Source: Rubripirellula sp.
GTDB lineage: Bacteria > Planctomycetota > Planctomycetia > Pirellulales > Pirellulaceae
Reading direction: 5' to 3'
Length of the DNA: 64,000 nucleotides
Assembly: GCA_965216875.1 (NCBI GenBank)
Contig: OZ244207.1
Coordinates: forward strand, 2,464,001-2,528,000
Below, one piece after another: positions 1-10,670 of this stretch (within the stretch, counting starts at the first letter, position 1; the number at the start of each line of letters is the position of its first letter). Under the pieces are notes generated by a model, which did not search any database, was not told the DNA's origin, and saw only the letters and a program-made list of their open reading frames with translations. The translations under genes and the position numbers were made by a program.

Positions 1-2393
1 TGCAAGCGGTTTGGCAAAGCAATCGTGTCGACCTCGCCGGCAGGTTGCTTGAACTCACCGCAACGGAAACAGATCGAGTCGTTTTTTACTCAGCATGGAA
101 TGCGCTGCGCGATCTCGTCCCAACCGAACAGCTCAGGGAACTGATCAGCGATACCCGCCCCCACATTCGGCTCGCAGCATTGCTGGCTCTGTTTCTGGAC
201 GATAAGCTCGAACCCGACGACGTCGTTCCGTTACGTACCGACAAGGACCCGCAGGTCGCCAGTCTGGTTGAACTATGGCTCAAGAAAACTGGCAATGCAG
301 CGCCGTTGGTCGTGCTTTCGCCACCACCGGGCAAATACTCCGACACGATCCAGATCACGGCCAAGTCGACGATCCCACGAAGCATTTTGACCTACACGAC
401 GGATGGCTCCGTCCCAGCGATGACGGGCAAACGCGTCGCGGGCCCCATCACCGTACAGCAAGATTCAACGCTACGATTTGGGCTCTTTCAAGATCATCAG
501 CAAGCGGGCGCCATCACCGACGCCGAGTATACGATTCGGCCATCGCAAACCTATCGACATCGCGAGTTCATTCACGATTTCGTTTCTGACAGCGGCCGGC
601 ACTACGAAATCGATTGGCGTGGGCTGGGCGCAGGCAAGCGTCATTACACCGACCGCGACTACCGGATCGTTGACTTCCCGGCTGAGCTAGCCGGCATCCC
701 ATTTTTGCGGACCGCAAACGGCGATGACCGTCGTCTTGTCAAGCAACTCATGACCTTCAGGACGGATTCGGAAACCACCGTGCTTGTTGGCGTCGATGCG
801 CGAAACCCCGAATCTCTTGCATGGATGAGAGTTAACGAAAGCGATGGATTCCATGACACGGGATTGCAAATCATCACAGACGACCCCACTTTCAATGTCT
901 ACGCCAAACGGTTTCCTGCCGGACAGATCTCGCTGGGCCCAAACCTCAACCGCCCAACGGACTCGGGGCGCGGCAATTACATCGTTCTCTTCAAACGCGA
1001 CATCCTCAGTCAACGGCATCAACCCACCCCAGTAACCGTCGAGCAAGCGGTCGCAGCGATGTCGTCGGCAAACCCGCAGCGAGGACGCGAGCTGTTTCTA
1101 CACCCGCAAGGCGCCGGCTGTTTTAAGTGTCATCAGATGCACGGGATCGGCAACGTCCTCGGCCCAGACCTCTCTGACATCGGCACACGTGCCAAGAAAG
1201 CAGAGGTCCTGATCGAGTCGATCATTCATCCGAGCAAGGTCATTACTGAAGGCTTTGCCCAACAAAAGGTCCTCACGGTCGACGGACGCGTGGTCGCTGG
1301 CTCGGTCCTTGAGGAGACGGGACGTGTTCTCAAACTTGCGGGATCAGATGGGAGCATCACCACGATCAACCAGGAAGATATCGAGAAGCGGGTTGGCACA
1401 AAACTATCCCCGATGCCCGATGGCTTTGCCACCATGATGACCGCACAACAGATCGCTGATCTCGCCGCGTGGATGATGACGCAGAAGACCTTGGGCAATC
1501 GCGAGGGATTCTGGTTTCGCGATGACGGTGACAACCTACACATTCACTTTCGCGAGCAACGCATTGCCACGTACCTCAAGCGACATCCCAAACTCACGCG
1601 CCGCGCCTTGGTGAACGTGACGACGCCAAGCGGGATTCAGGTCACGCGAAACTTTCCTCCCCGAGCACCTGAAGACATCGACCCAGGATACAAGGCCGAA
1701 CTCGGGATCATTCATCCCATCATGCATCCAGGACTTTGGATCAGTTTCGGGGACGTCGACGGAAACGATTTCTGGCGACTGAAATCAAAGGCCACGTTTG
1801 ATCAGTTCACGAATCGCCCGCAAGGCAATCAAAGCGAAGGCAGCTTTACCGCATTGAACCGGCTGATGAATGAAGAGGGAAACCGCGAGGTTTGCCGCGA
1901 ACGCACTCATTACCATATCGAACGCATCGACGAAGGGCTGCGACTGCGGCTGACTGCCGAATACTGGTCCGAGACCGATGACTTCTATTTTGGCGACCAA
2001 GAAGAATCGGGGCTCGCGATTCGTGTCGCGTCGCCGATTCGCGTTCAAGGTGGTAACGGGACAATCTTGAATGATCGTGGACAACGAAATGGCGGCGAAA
2101 TCTGGGGCAAGGAAGCCAAATGGTTCGACTACTTTGGAATCATTGACGGCCGAGAGGTGGGCGTGATGGTGATTCCTGATCCTGACAATCCGCGTCCCTC
2201 ATGGCTCCACGCCCGAGACTACGGCGTCGTCGTGACCAACCCGTTCCCAAAGCAACCAAAAGAGCGACGTGAACCCTACGTGAAGACCCCTATCAAGAAA
2301 GGAGAGACCTTCAAACTCTCCTACACGATCGTGATCCACGATCTTCCAGCCGGCGAGTTTGACCGGAATCGCGTCACTCGATCCTTGAAATAG
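1..2393 (+). CDS. 5'-truncated PVC-type haem-binding multidomain protein: HEAT-like, chitobiase/FN3-like, CxxCH cytochrome domain and C-terminal DUF6807 ('PmoA-like') domain
   Basis: Frame is open from the window start. Motifs: YTTDGSVP (FN3/chitobiase-like); RGRELF..GCFKCH..GPDLSDIG..ESIIHPS..SPMP (planctomycete haem-binding domain); HPGLW and WLHARDYG (DUF6807-type). Confidence 0.75.
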   Translation, partial: QAVWQSNRVDLAGRLLELTATETDRVVFYSAWNALRDLVPTEQLRELISDTRPHIRLAALLALFLDDKLEPDDVVPLRTDKDPQVASLVELWLKKTGNAAPLVVLSPPPGKYSDTIQITAKSTIPRSILTYTTDGSVPAMTGKRVAGPITVQQDSTLRFGLFQDHQQAGAITDAEYTIRPSQTYRHREFIHDFVSDSGRHYEIDWRGLGAGKRHYTDRDYRIVDFPAELAGIPFLRTANGDDRRLVKQLMTFRTDSETTVLVGVDARNPESLAWMRVNESDGFHDTGLQIITDDPTFNVYAKRFPAGQISLGPNLNRPTDSGRGNYIVLFKRDILSQRHQPTPVTVEQAVAAMSSANPQRGRELFLHPQGAGCFKCHQMHGIGNVLGPDLSDIGTRAKKAEVLIESIIHPSKVITEGFAQQKVLTVDGRVVAGSVLEETGRVLKLAGSDGSITTINQEDIEKRVGTKLSPMPDGFATMMTAQQIADLAAWMMTQKTLGNREGFWFRDDGDNLHIHFREQRIATYLKRHPKLTRRALVNVTTPSGIQVTRNFPPRAPEDIDPGYKAELGIIHPIMHPGLWISFGDVDGNDFWRLKSKATFDQFTNRPQGNQSEGSFTALNRLMNEEGNREVCRERTHYHIERIDEGLRLRLTAEYWSETDDFYFGDQEESGLAIRVASPIRVQGGNGTILNDRGQRNGGEIWGKEAKWFDYFGIIDGREVGVMVIPDPDNPRPSWLHARDYGVVVTNPFPKQPKERREPYVKTPIKKGETFKLSYTIVIHDLPAGEFDRNRVTRSLK

Positions 2394-2405
2394 GTGACAA
2401 GAACG

Positions 2406-4001
2406 CTAATTCGCCCGTTCCAAAGCCTGGCGGACTCGCTTCGGTGTCGCAATGCGTCGTGGGAAGACAAGCTGAGGTGAAAGCAGCAACGCGGCAAAGA
2501 ACAACACCACGGACACGGTCGTCACCACATAGACATAGCTGTGCATCCGGAACCCGCGCCCAACCAAAGACAATGTCCACGCCCAATTGGTGACCTGCCA
2601 GATCGAATAGGGATACTCGCGGTAGTCGTTCCAATGCAGACCGACGGAATACGGGATCAGAGCCATCAACACGCCGACCGCTACTAGGGCGGCAAGCCCA
2701 ATTTCGACGCGCGGGTGGTTGTTGATTCGAATGACTTTGATCACCAAACGAACTGCGACCAACATCCCAACGAGGTAGGACGAATAGCAAATCACCAACA
2801 TCGTTTGCACGTCCCGCGCAAAACGCCCGCCCGGTATCCCCGGTTGGGAATACAACCAGTGCAATGCAAAGATCATGCCTCCGGCAAGCACCACGATGTT
2901 CACCGCCGCAAAGACCAGCCCGGTCGCTGGGCCGGGTGTGAGCCACGTCAAACAGACTCGACCCGCAAACGTACTCGGCAACCCTCGTCGCATGCGTGGC
3001 GTCATCACAGGCGACTCGGCAACCATCATGCTGCCGCACGCCGCCCAGAAAATTCCCAATCCGGCCCCCAACGTGAGGACCGCATCGGGTGCGAAGCGGT
3101 CAAGTGTCTGCATTGCCAAGGCACAGATCCCAACCGCCACCGCGGAAACGACGAGTGTCGATACTCGCAGGTGAGTCGACCGATTCTCGCTCTCGGGCGT
3201 CAACTGCGCGGCCGTGGCCGACAACAGAAGATGGCCAAGCGAAAGCAGCATCCCGACAACCGAGACCATCAAAAACAGCATCATCTGGGAGTTGAGGGGA
3301 TTCCCATAGAGAATCAATCCGATCGCAAGCGAGCCGATGCCCCATTCGGCCAGCACGATAATCAGAATCACAGCCAACAGCGTGACGATCCGCCCCGTGC
3401 GACCACGAGCGAGCGGTGCAAAGAAGAGCGCGATGATCGTCAACAAAAGCGCGCCCGCGAGCAGCATCGCCATCAACAAGAGAGTTGTTGGCAGGTCAAC
3501 GCCACGGAGCGTGTAAGCGTAGGCAACGCACGGGAAGAGGGCGACGAAATACAACAGCATCTGAAGCGAGGCACTCGCCAGTTTCCCGAGCACAATGTGC
3601 CAGGCACTTAGCGTTGTGATCGAAAGCAGCTCCAACGTCCCATCATCAATCTCGCCTTCGAGCGATCGATACGCGGCCAATGGCACGACCATCAACATGG
3701 GGATCGCCAGCACGATGTAGTAGCCGATCAGCAATCGGGGAGCCGACGGTTGCGTGTAGATCTGTGGCATCAACGTCAGCGAACCGACCACCGTCCATGC
3801 CAACGCTGCGAACAACAGCACGGAAAAGGTCATCACGAACTGACGGCTCTTGAGCGCTTGACGAGTCTCTTTGACCAAAATCGGGTTGAGCGAATCGCCG
3901 ATACGTTCGCACCAATCATCAATGCGAATCCAAAATCCGCTCTCGACATCAGCCGATGGATCTTCGCCAACAGGTTCGTTTGCGATGCTTGCACTCGCCA
4001 T
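2406..4001 (-). CDS. ABC-2 type transporter permease
   Basis: Many TM segments; NPILVKE and EIDDGTLELL...IVLGKL motifs; adjacent to the ABC ATPase gene. Confidence 0.8.
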   Translation of the reverse strand: MASASIANEPVGEDPSADVESGFWIRIDDWCERIGDSLNPILVKETRQALKSRQFVMTFSVLLFAALAWTVVGSLTLMPQIYTQPSAPRLLIGYYIVLAIPMLMVVPLAAYRSLEGEIDDGTLELLSITTLSAWHIVLGKLASASLQMLLYFVALFPCVAYAYTLRGVDLPTTLLLMAMLLAGALLLTIIALFFAPLARGRTGRIVTLLAVILIIVLAEWGIGSLAIGLILYGNPLNSQMMLFLMVSVVGMLLSLGHLLLSATAAQLTPESENRSTHLRVSTLVVSAVAVGICALAMQTLDRFAPDAVLTLGAGLGIFWAACGSMMVAESPVMTPRMRRGLPSTFAGRVCLTWLTPGPATGLVFAAVNIVVLAGGMIFALHWLYSQPGIPGGRFARDVQTMLVICYSSYLVGMLVAVRLVIKVIRINNHPRVEIGLAALVAVGVLMALIPYSVGLHWNDYREYPYSIWQVTNWAWTLSLVGRGFRMHSYVYVVTTVSVVLFFAALLLSPQLVFPRRIATPKRVRQALERAN

Positions 4002-4013
4002 TCTGCGTCCCGA

Positions 4014-5072
4014 CTACTGAACCAAACCTTCGGTGACCTGCAAGAAGACGTCCTCAAGGCTCTTCTTGTGCGAACTCACCTCAGCGACTTCGTAACCTTG
4101 CCCTACGAGCCAAGCGACCAGAGACGCCTGCTTCTTGTGATCGCCTTCAAACTCAAAGCGGATCAATTCCCCGTCGACAATGGGCGTCTCGATCCCATGT
4201 TCTTGACTCAGTCCAGCCGCTGCATCGCTCGCCCGTTCAAGCACACGAATCACCACATCACGATGCTGAGTTCGTTGACGTTGGATATCGTCAACACTAC
4301 CGGTCGCGAGCAATTTGCCCTGTTCAATGATTCCAACCGAATCGCACATCTCGGCAAGCTCAGTCAAAATATGACTGCTGATCAGAACCGTTTTGCCGCG
4401 GTCGGCAAGTTCGCGAATCATCCGACGAAGCTCAATCCGCGCTCTTGGGTCCAACCCCGCCGCGGGTTCGTCCAAGATCAACACGGCCGGGTCGTGGATC
4501 AACGCGCGGCCAAGGCACAATCGCTGCTTCATGCCCTTACTCAGCCCACGGATCGGCTTGTTCGCCATCCCGTCGGTACCGGTGAAGCCAAGCACCCAAT
4601 TCAATCGCTCGTTGCGTTGACGGCCGACCAGTCCATAAGCACGCGCAAAGAAATCGAGATACTCTTTGCAGTTCACATCTCGGTAGGTTCCGAACGAATC
4701 GGGCATGAAACCAAGCTCGCGACGCACCAATTCGGGATCGTTGACCACCGAAAAACCGTCGATAAATGCATCCCCATAACTCGGCAAATCCAACGTGGCA
4801 AGAATCCGCATCGACGTCGTCTTGCCGGCTCCGTTGGGACCGATGTAGCCAAACACGTGCCCACGCTCGACGCCGAACGAGATGTCTTGAACTGCCTTTG
4901 TCTCACCAAAGAAGCGGTGCAAACGCCGCAGCTCGATACAGGTGCTCTCTTCGGAATGCACGCCGGAACTCGATGCAGCCGCGAGCACGGCCGACGCCAC
5001 CGAGCTGGTCGAGTCGCTTGCAACATCGCTCGACACGGTGCCATCGGCTTCATTCACACTTTCCATCGTCAC
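4014..5072 (-). CDS. ABC transporter ATP-binding protein
   Basis: Walker A GPNGAGKT, signature LSKGMKQ, Walker B ILDEP, H-loop SSH. Confidence 0.95.
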   Translation of the reverse strand: MTMESVNEADGTVSSDVASDSTSSVASAVLAAASSSGVHSEESTCIELRRLHRFFGETKAVQDISFGVERGHVFGYIGPNGAGKTTSMRILATLDLPSYGDAFIDGFSVVNDPELVRRELGFMPDSFGTYRDVNCKEYLDFFARAYGLVGRQRNERLNWVLGFTGTDGMANKPIRGLSKGMKQRLCLGRALIHDPAVLILDEPAAGLDPRARIELRRMIRELADRGKTVLISSHILTELAEMCDSVGIIEQGKLLATGSVDDIQRQRTQHRDVVIRVLERASDAAAGLSQEHGIETPIVDGELIRFEFEGDHKKQASLVAWLVGQGYEVAEVSSHKKSLEDVFLQVTEGLVQ

Positions 5073-5083
5073 CCTTTGCGCCC

Positions 5084-7225
5084 CTATTTCATGGTGCCGA
5101 AAACGTAGCGAATGCTGTCGACAACCTCTGCCGACTCAACCGCAAGCACGTCGTCACTCACGTCCGCAGTGGCGACAAACCAACCGTTGGGAATGTCTCC
5201 GACGTTCAACAGAAGATTGTCAAGCAACCATTGTTCAAACAAACCATCCGTAAAACGCCGTTGCCCATCCCCGAACTCCTGGTTCAACGTCAACATCCAG
5301 TCACGAATCTCGACCCGGTAGTTGCTTGACGTTTGACGAGATTCGCGGACCGCCGTCTCGGGGCGGTGATCAATGTAGAGCTTTCCGAGCAGCTTCGAGG
5401 CTTCCGTTGCTGTGAGCAGCTTTGCGGTGGCTGTACGCTTGCCGCCCAAATCTTCGACGGTCCAGATTTCTCCAGCATCGTCGCGCACCACGATTTGGTG
5501 ATACGTGATCGCCGTTCCGTTGGTAATCACTCCGGTGGCTGGATCAAATGAAACCGAACCAACTTGGTCGCGTGGTTGGTGCGTGACAAACTGCCGTTGC
5601 TGACGAGACGGCAGAAACGAGCGCCCGAAAACTTGAAAGTCGTCTCCTAGCGTCACCTGCCCGGCTACTGCAAGAGGCGACTCGCATGCGTCCATCCAGT
5701 TTTCGCCACCATTGCGGCGGTGCTCGACGACTTCGGCATTGGCCGGAAAACGAATCCCTTGCGATGGCCGAATTCCGGCAAAGTAGGTAGCGCGAACGCG
5801 TTCCCCAGCGTCACCACTTTTTCCGTCGACCCAAGTCAACTGTCGCACCCGTGCGACCGTACCAAAGCCATCCGCGATGATTCCGTAGGCGAACATCGAT
5901 AAGGTTGTGACCATCGCAAGCAACGGCGCGATTGCGAACATCAAGTGACTGCGGCCTTGCTTGGCGGTCTTTCGATAAGCAATCGGCCCCACGAGAATCA
6001 CGAAGACCGTCAACAGTCCGATGAAGGTATAGACTGGCGGTTGTGCAACACCAGGAACAAGCCAGCGGTAGTATCGACCGTCACCAAGCATCGGGTCCGC
6101 CCCGCGGCGCAGCATCGGCGATCGATGGTGACCGACGATTTCTGACGCGACGCGCATTCCAAACTCAGCCGCCTTCGGCTGACTTTCCACAACTCCGATC
6201 GCTTTCCCCGCTCCGACGCGCTGCACAAAGACTCGTTTAGACAACTCTCTCGGCGTGGAATGATAGATCCGCGACACGTTGGCCCCGACACCTGCGCGCA
6301 GCGCAATTGCCGTCATCGCGTTGGCGATCGCATCGACCGACTCCCTCTCGCTTGCCTCGCCCGTCCACTTAATATCCAACCATTCCGATAGCTCTTCACC
6401 CGAGGCGACGTTGTCAGCAATAACCACGCCACCGAGGAGCATCCATTGCCGAAGCGCCGCGAACGCCTTTGGTCGCGTGCGGAGCGCATCGACGCTTTCC
6501 AGATTAAGCACAACGACATCAAATGCTTGAAGCCCACGCCAGTCTTCCGGTACTTCATTGAAACTGGCAAGACGCATGCTGTCCTTCTGCTCGAGAGGCC
6601 ACCGACGCTTTAAGAGCGGGTCGAACCGCTGTGTAGTCGCTCTCCTTTCAGCGTTCAGGATTACTTTCGAATCCGAAACGTAAAGCCAGTTCCCAGCCTT
6701 CTCGGGACCGAACACGGTTGGGATCACGAGTGCGCCAGCCTGGTTCGAGCTGAACTGACTAGGACGGCCTGACGCGATTGCCCCCGCATAGTCCGGCAGC
6801 GCCAGTCCATCTTCCAAGACGCTGACAAAGTAGCCGTTGCCGACCGTCCATTTAGGCAAGTACTTCACGACCTTCACCGACGCCTGCCCCTGAGACGCCG
6901 TGATCGGAACATCGATCACCATCGTGTTACGCGGCGGCGCGTGGTTCGTATCCATATTCCGAAAACGAAACACAAGTTGACGGTCAGCGGAAAACCGCGG
7001 CATCCCAATGACATCGATCTCGACAGGGATCATCCCGACGATCTCTTGGTCCGCGACAGCCACCGTCGCGGTAAAGCCCTTAAGCATTTGATTCGAAAGG
7101 GGCAGCTGCACACTCTCTGGTGAAGGAACCAGAAGGTTGTCATCGCCATGGCTACGCCGTGAACTGACGACAACCAAGAGGCAAAGGGTACAAACGAGGC
7201 CAACCGGGCGCATCACCTTGCTCAA
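5084..7225 (-). CDS. Membrane-anchored hypothetical protein of the ABC cluster
   Basis: 713-aa ORF with a signal peptide and two central TM helices; 11 bp from the ATPase gene and overlapping the upstream gene by 4 bp. Confidence 0.7.
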   Translation of the reverse strand: MSKVMRPVGLVCTLCLLVVVSSRRSHGDDNLLVPSPESVQLPLSNQMLKGFTATVAVADQEIVGMIPVEIDVIGMPRFSADRQLVFRFRNMDTNHAPPRNTMVIDVPITASQGQASVKVVKYLPKWTVGNGYFVSVLEDGLALPDYAGAIASGRPSQFSSNQAGALVIPTVFGPEKAGNWLYVSDSKVILNAERRATTQRFDPLLKRRWPLEQKDSMRLASFNEVPEDWRGLQAFDVVVLNLESVDALRTRPKAFAALRQWMLLGGVVIADNVASGEELSEWLDIKWTGEASERESVDAIANAMTAIALRAGVGANVSRIYHSTPRELSKRVFVQRVGAGKAIGVVESQPKAAEFGMRVASEIVGHHRSPMLRRGADPMLGDGRYYRWLVPGVAQPPVYTFIGLLTVFVILVGPIAYRKTAKQGRSHLMFAIAPLLAMVTTLSMFAYGIIADGFGTVARVRQLTWVDGKSGDAGERVRATYFAGIRPSQGIRFPANAEVVEHRRNGGENWMDACESPLAVAGQVTLGDDFQVFGRSFLPSRQQRQFVTHQPRDQVGSVSFDPATGVITNGTAITYHQIVVRDDAGEIWTVEDLGGKRTATAKLLTATEASKLLGKLYIDHRPETAVRESRQTSSNYRVEIRDWMLTLNQEFGDGQRRFTDGLFEQWLLDNLLLNVGDIPNGWFVATADVSDDVLAVESAEVVDSIRYVFGTMK

Positions 7226-7563
7226 GACTTGTTCTCCCGCGGCGGCAGGATCTGGGGTGGCAATTGTCCATCAGCAAACGGACTGCCTTTGAGCGATTCG
7301 TCATCCGCCTCGTACCACAACGAGGAGATTGCCCACGAGATAAGGAACAAAGCGGCAAAGCCGACGAACGTGATTGCCAGATACCCCGCAAAAGCAACGA
7401 GGCTCATCGCCAGCGCTCCGCCTTCGCCAGCAACCCGCGCCAGTGACGCGAACACGGCGACCAATGCGGTCACACCCAGGGCAAACTTAAAAGAGACCTG
7501 CGGCAGCAACCGACTGCGCACAACGGGCTCAACAGAAGGCGTTTTCACCATACCGTGCTGCAA
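7222..7563 (-). CDS. Small membrane protein
   Basis: Two TM helices and a C-terminal SPFADGQLPPQILPP tail; 4-bp overlap with the next gene; true start may be MVKTP slightly downstream. Confidence 0.65.
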   Translation of the reverse strand: MQHGMVKTPSVEPVVRSRLLPQVSFKFALGVTALVAVFASLARVAGEGGALAMSLVAFAGYLAITFVGFAALFLISWAISSLWYEADDESLKGSPFADGQLPPQILPPRENKS

Positions 7564-7734
7564 TAACTAGATGAGGAGGTGCCAGGGACTCCGCCATTGT
7601 AGCGGCCCGACGAGACTGCCGCGGCATTCCCAGGCATAGCCAAAGATACGCAGACGCACGGGGCACGGTTCGGCAAAACCTGATTCGGAGCGTTGGCGAG
7701 CGTCGTGTAGGGAAGTGAATGATGACTCACACCA

Positions 7735-8229
7735 CGTTACCCCGCTCTGCGTGGTAACGCACTCTTCGCGTCCGAGGCCTGTGAGCCGCACGCGCTAGCG
7801 TCGGGCCTTACATTCGGTTTGATTCCGTAGGGCCCGACGCTAGCGCGTTCGGCTCACTTCGCCAGAAGGTGGATCGCATCGGTTGAAGACGCTCCATCAC
7901 CCCACGCTCTGGCGAGCGCAGGTACGGGAAGAAGAAGAGCAGTGGTTGGGGACTCGTAGCCTCGTCCACTTCGGGAAGACACGCCTCGTGACCACGCTCT
8001 GCGTGGTAACGCACTCTTCGCGTCCCAGGCCCGTGAGCCGCACGCGCTAGCGTCGGGCCTTACATTCGGTTTGATTCCGTAGGGCCCGACGCTAGCGCGT
8101 TCGGCTCACTCCGGCAGAAGGTAGATCGCATCGACTGAAGACGCTCCATCACCCCACGCTCTGGCGAGCGTAGCTACGGGAAGAAAGATCGGTGTGGCTG
8201 GGGACTCGTGGCCTCGTCCACTACGGGAG
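7735..8229. repeat. Tandem duplication (252-bp period) of a mosaic of four REP-like palindrome families
   Basis: Units start at 7735 and 7987. Each holds CGT(T/G)ACC(C/A)CGCTCTGCGTGGTAACG, an inverted pair of GTGAGCCG(C/A)ACGCGCTAGCGTCGGGCC, CCACGCTCTGGCGAGCG and GGACTCGT(A/G)GCCTCGTCCACT. Confidence 0.9.
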
Positions 8230-8505
8230 AAACCGCTCTTTGGCAAACCTTGCGGGTTAGCCGAACCCTGCCAGATATTCCGCTTCTGCGTGTTGGTGCT
8301 GCGTTAAATGGAGACTAATTAACCGTTCCTTCCAATGTGATCGATGCTGCCGGTTCGATGAAACGGGTGATGATCTTGGCTTATCAAGAGATGAATGATG
8401 TCGCAACCGTCCGCGGTCGCACGTCGCCGGGCAGCCGATCAGTCATAGCACTCCGCTACGAATCATCAAAATGCGAATAGCCGCACAAAGGGGCAGTTAC
8501 ATACC

Positions 8506-10542
8506 ATGACCAGAATCAATACGAACGTCTCGTCGCTAGTCGCACAGAACCGACTGCAGTCGAGCAACAACGACCTGCAGACCGCACTAACACGATTGAG
8601 CACCGGTCTGCGAATCAACAGCGGTGCAGACGACCCAGCGGGCTTGATTGCCAGTGAAGCACTGCGGAGTGAAATCACCAGCCTGGGCAAGGCTGTGTCG
8701 AACACTCGACGGGCAAGCCAGATTATCTCGACCGCTGACAGTGCACTGGGCCAAGTCAGCGCCCTGCTGAACGACATCCGCGGCCTGGTGGTCGAAGCCG
8801 CCAACGCAGGTGCCTTGAGCGAAGAGGAAATCTCGGCGAACCAGCTGCAAATCGACAGCTCCCTTGAAGCGATTAACCGTATCGCTCAAACCACAACGTT
8901 CCAGGGACGAAAGCTGCTCGACGGATCGCTCGACTTTGTCAGCACAGCGAGTAGTGTCGGCACCATCCGTGACGCCACGATCGACCAAGCCAACCTCGGT
9001 GCAACAGGCCAAATCGACGTCGAAGTGGTGATTAACGCCGCAGCAACCCAGGCGGAAGTCAACGCGGGAGCGTCCGCGTTCACCGCGACCGCTGCTGCAA
9101 ATACAAGTGCTCCGGACGCTGCTGTCGGCACCGCAGCAATCGGCGGTGAGACAATCACCATCACCGGCCAAGGATCATTCGACAACGTGATTCTGGTTGA
9201 CGCCGTTGGCGGCGGCACTGGCCAAGTCAGCTACAACGACACCAATGGTGACTTGACGATCACCGCAGACTTCACCGGTACGGCCGCCGACGCGCAAGTG
9301 ATCCAGGCTGCCATTGACGACCTCGAAGGCTTTGTCGCGACAGGTGCAACTGCGGCTGGTACGGGTGGTGGTACTGCGGGTGCGACCGCTGCCGGCACGC
9401 CAGGTCCGCTGCTCGATATCACTGCGGCCAACCTCGGCTCGGATTACAACAACGTCACGGTTCAATTCGTCGAAGGGGCAGCCAACGCTGCCGATTACGA
9501 CTCGACTCAAAAGATCCTGACCGTAACGGTCGACAACACCGCTCCGCAAACGGCGACCGCCATCGCAACCGCGATTGACAGCCACACCGTTGACGGCTCG
9601 ACACCCGCATCGGCACTGTTCAGCGCATCAGGCTTGGCAAGTGCTTCGATCGACATCCTCGACGGCCTGGACGACATCAACACCGGTAACACGGGTGGTG
9701 AAGTGCTCGCCGACAACCTGGTCTTCCAGCTCAATGGTGACTCGGGGGCGGAAACGTTCAACTTTGGTGCAGGTACCTCAGCAGCACAAATCGCTGACGC
9801 GGTGAACCTTGTTTCGGACAGTACCGGGGTGAGTGCCGCATCCGCATCGGCAACAGGCCTGACCTTCACGTCGACGTCCTACGGAAGCGACGCGTTGATC
9901 AATATCGACGTCATCAACGAAGGCAGCTCTGGCACCTTCGGCGCAAACTTGAGTGCGATTCGTGATGCTGGCGATGACATCGTCGCAACCGTCAACGGTG
10001 TCGAAGCCGGTGGTGACGCCAACACGCTGACCATCAATACGAGCACGCTTGACCTTAGCATTACCGTCGACGACGGCGACAACACGAACTTCTCGTTCTC
10101 GATCACCGGTGGTGGAGCACTGTTCCAACTTGGTCCCGATGTCACGAGTAACCAACAAGCACGGCTTGGAATCGGAAGCGTAAGTACCGGGCAAATCGGT
10201 GGTGCCACCGGCCGTCTTTACGAACTCGGTAGTGGCCAGGGCAGCGCTTTGACCAACGATGTCACAGGTGCGGCTCAAATCATCGACGAAGTGATCAACA
10301 AGGTCACCAGCCTTCGCGGTCGATTGGGTGCGTTCCAGTCAACGACTCTCGAGAGCAACTTGGTTAGCTTGAACGAAACCCAAGCCAACCTGCAAGAAGC
10401 CGAAAGCACGATTCGTGACGCCGATTTTGCCAAAGAATCAGCTTCGCTCACACGGGCACAAATCTTGGTTCAGTCCGGCACGAACGTCTTGTCGCTAGCT
10501 AACCAAAACCCTCAAAACGTCCTCTCCTTGCTGCGAGGATAA
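8506..10542 (+). CDS. fliC: Flagellin with large central variable domain
   Basis: N-terminal RINTN..RLSTGLRINSGADDPAGL; C-terminal RGRLGAFQ..ESTIRDADFAKE..QILVQSG..NVLSLL. Confidence 0.97.
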   Translation: MTRINTNVSSLVAQNRLQSSNNDLQTALTRLSTGLRINSGADDPAGLIASEALRSEITSLGKAVSNTRRASQIISTADSALGQVSALLNDIRGLVVEAANAGALSEEEISANQLQIDSSLEAINRIAQTTTFQGRKLLDGSLDFVSTASSVGTIRDATIDQANLGATGQIDVEVVINAAATQAEVNAGASAFTATAAANTSAPDAAVGTAAIGGETITITGQGSFDNVILVDAVGGGTGQVSYNDTNGDLTITADFTGTAADAQVIQAAIDDLEGFVATGATAAGTGGGTAGATAAGTPGPLLDITAANLGSDYNNVTVQFVEGAANAADYDSTQKILTVTVDNTAPQTATAIATAIDSHTVDGSTPASALFSASGLASASIDILDGLDDINTGNTGGEVLADNLVFQLNGDSGAETFNFGAGTSAAQIADAVNLVSDSTGVSAASASATGLTFTSTSYGSDALINIDVINEGSSGTFGANLSAIRDAGDDIVATVNGVEAGGDANTLTINTSTLDLSITVDDGDNTNFSFSITGGGALFQLGPDVTSNQQARLGIGSVSTGQIGGATGRLYELGSGQGSALTNDVTGAAQIIDEVINKVTSLRGRLGAFQSTTLESNLVSLNETQANLQEAESTIRDADFAKESASLTRAQILVQSGTNVLSLANQNPQNVLSLLRG

Positions 10543-10629
10543 TTCAGGTCATGGTTTCGATCTCGCGGCTTAGACGCTTCAGGCCGCAGAACGCTTAGAA
10601 ACCTGAGCACCCGAATTCGACATTTCGCC

Positions 10630-10670
10630 AGCGGCCACTTGAAGTTGACTTCAAGTGGCCGCTTTGCGTT
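10630..10670 (+). terminator. Probable intrinsic terminator after fliC
   Basis: Perfect stem GCGGCCACTTGAAG-ttga-CTTCAAGTGGCCGC followed by TTTGCGTT, about 90 bp after the stop codon. Confidence 0.7.

Noticed and set aside
1490..2393. Particulate methane monooxygenase (pmoA)
   Set aside because: Soluble DUF6807-type domain with no TM helices and no pmoB/pmoC; the family name is misleading.
3750..5108. Long alternative ORFs (e.g. 3750-5108 +, 2715-3611 +, 21441-22379 +, 57044-57889 -, 58166-59074 -)
   Set aside because: Antisense shadows of well-supported genes in GC-rich DNA, with no recognisable motifs.
7735..8229. CRISPR array
   Set aside because: The sequences between repeats are themselves duplicated, repeats occur in inverted orientation, and there are no cas genes.
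8230..8505. c-di-GMP-I riboswitch or sigma28 promoter upstream of fliC
   Set aside because: GGCAAACC is present but the rest of the riboswitch pattern is missing, and no correctly spaced TAAA-N15-GCCGATAA was found.
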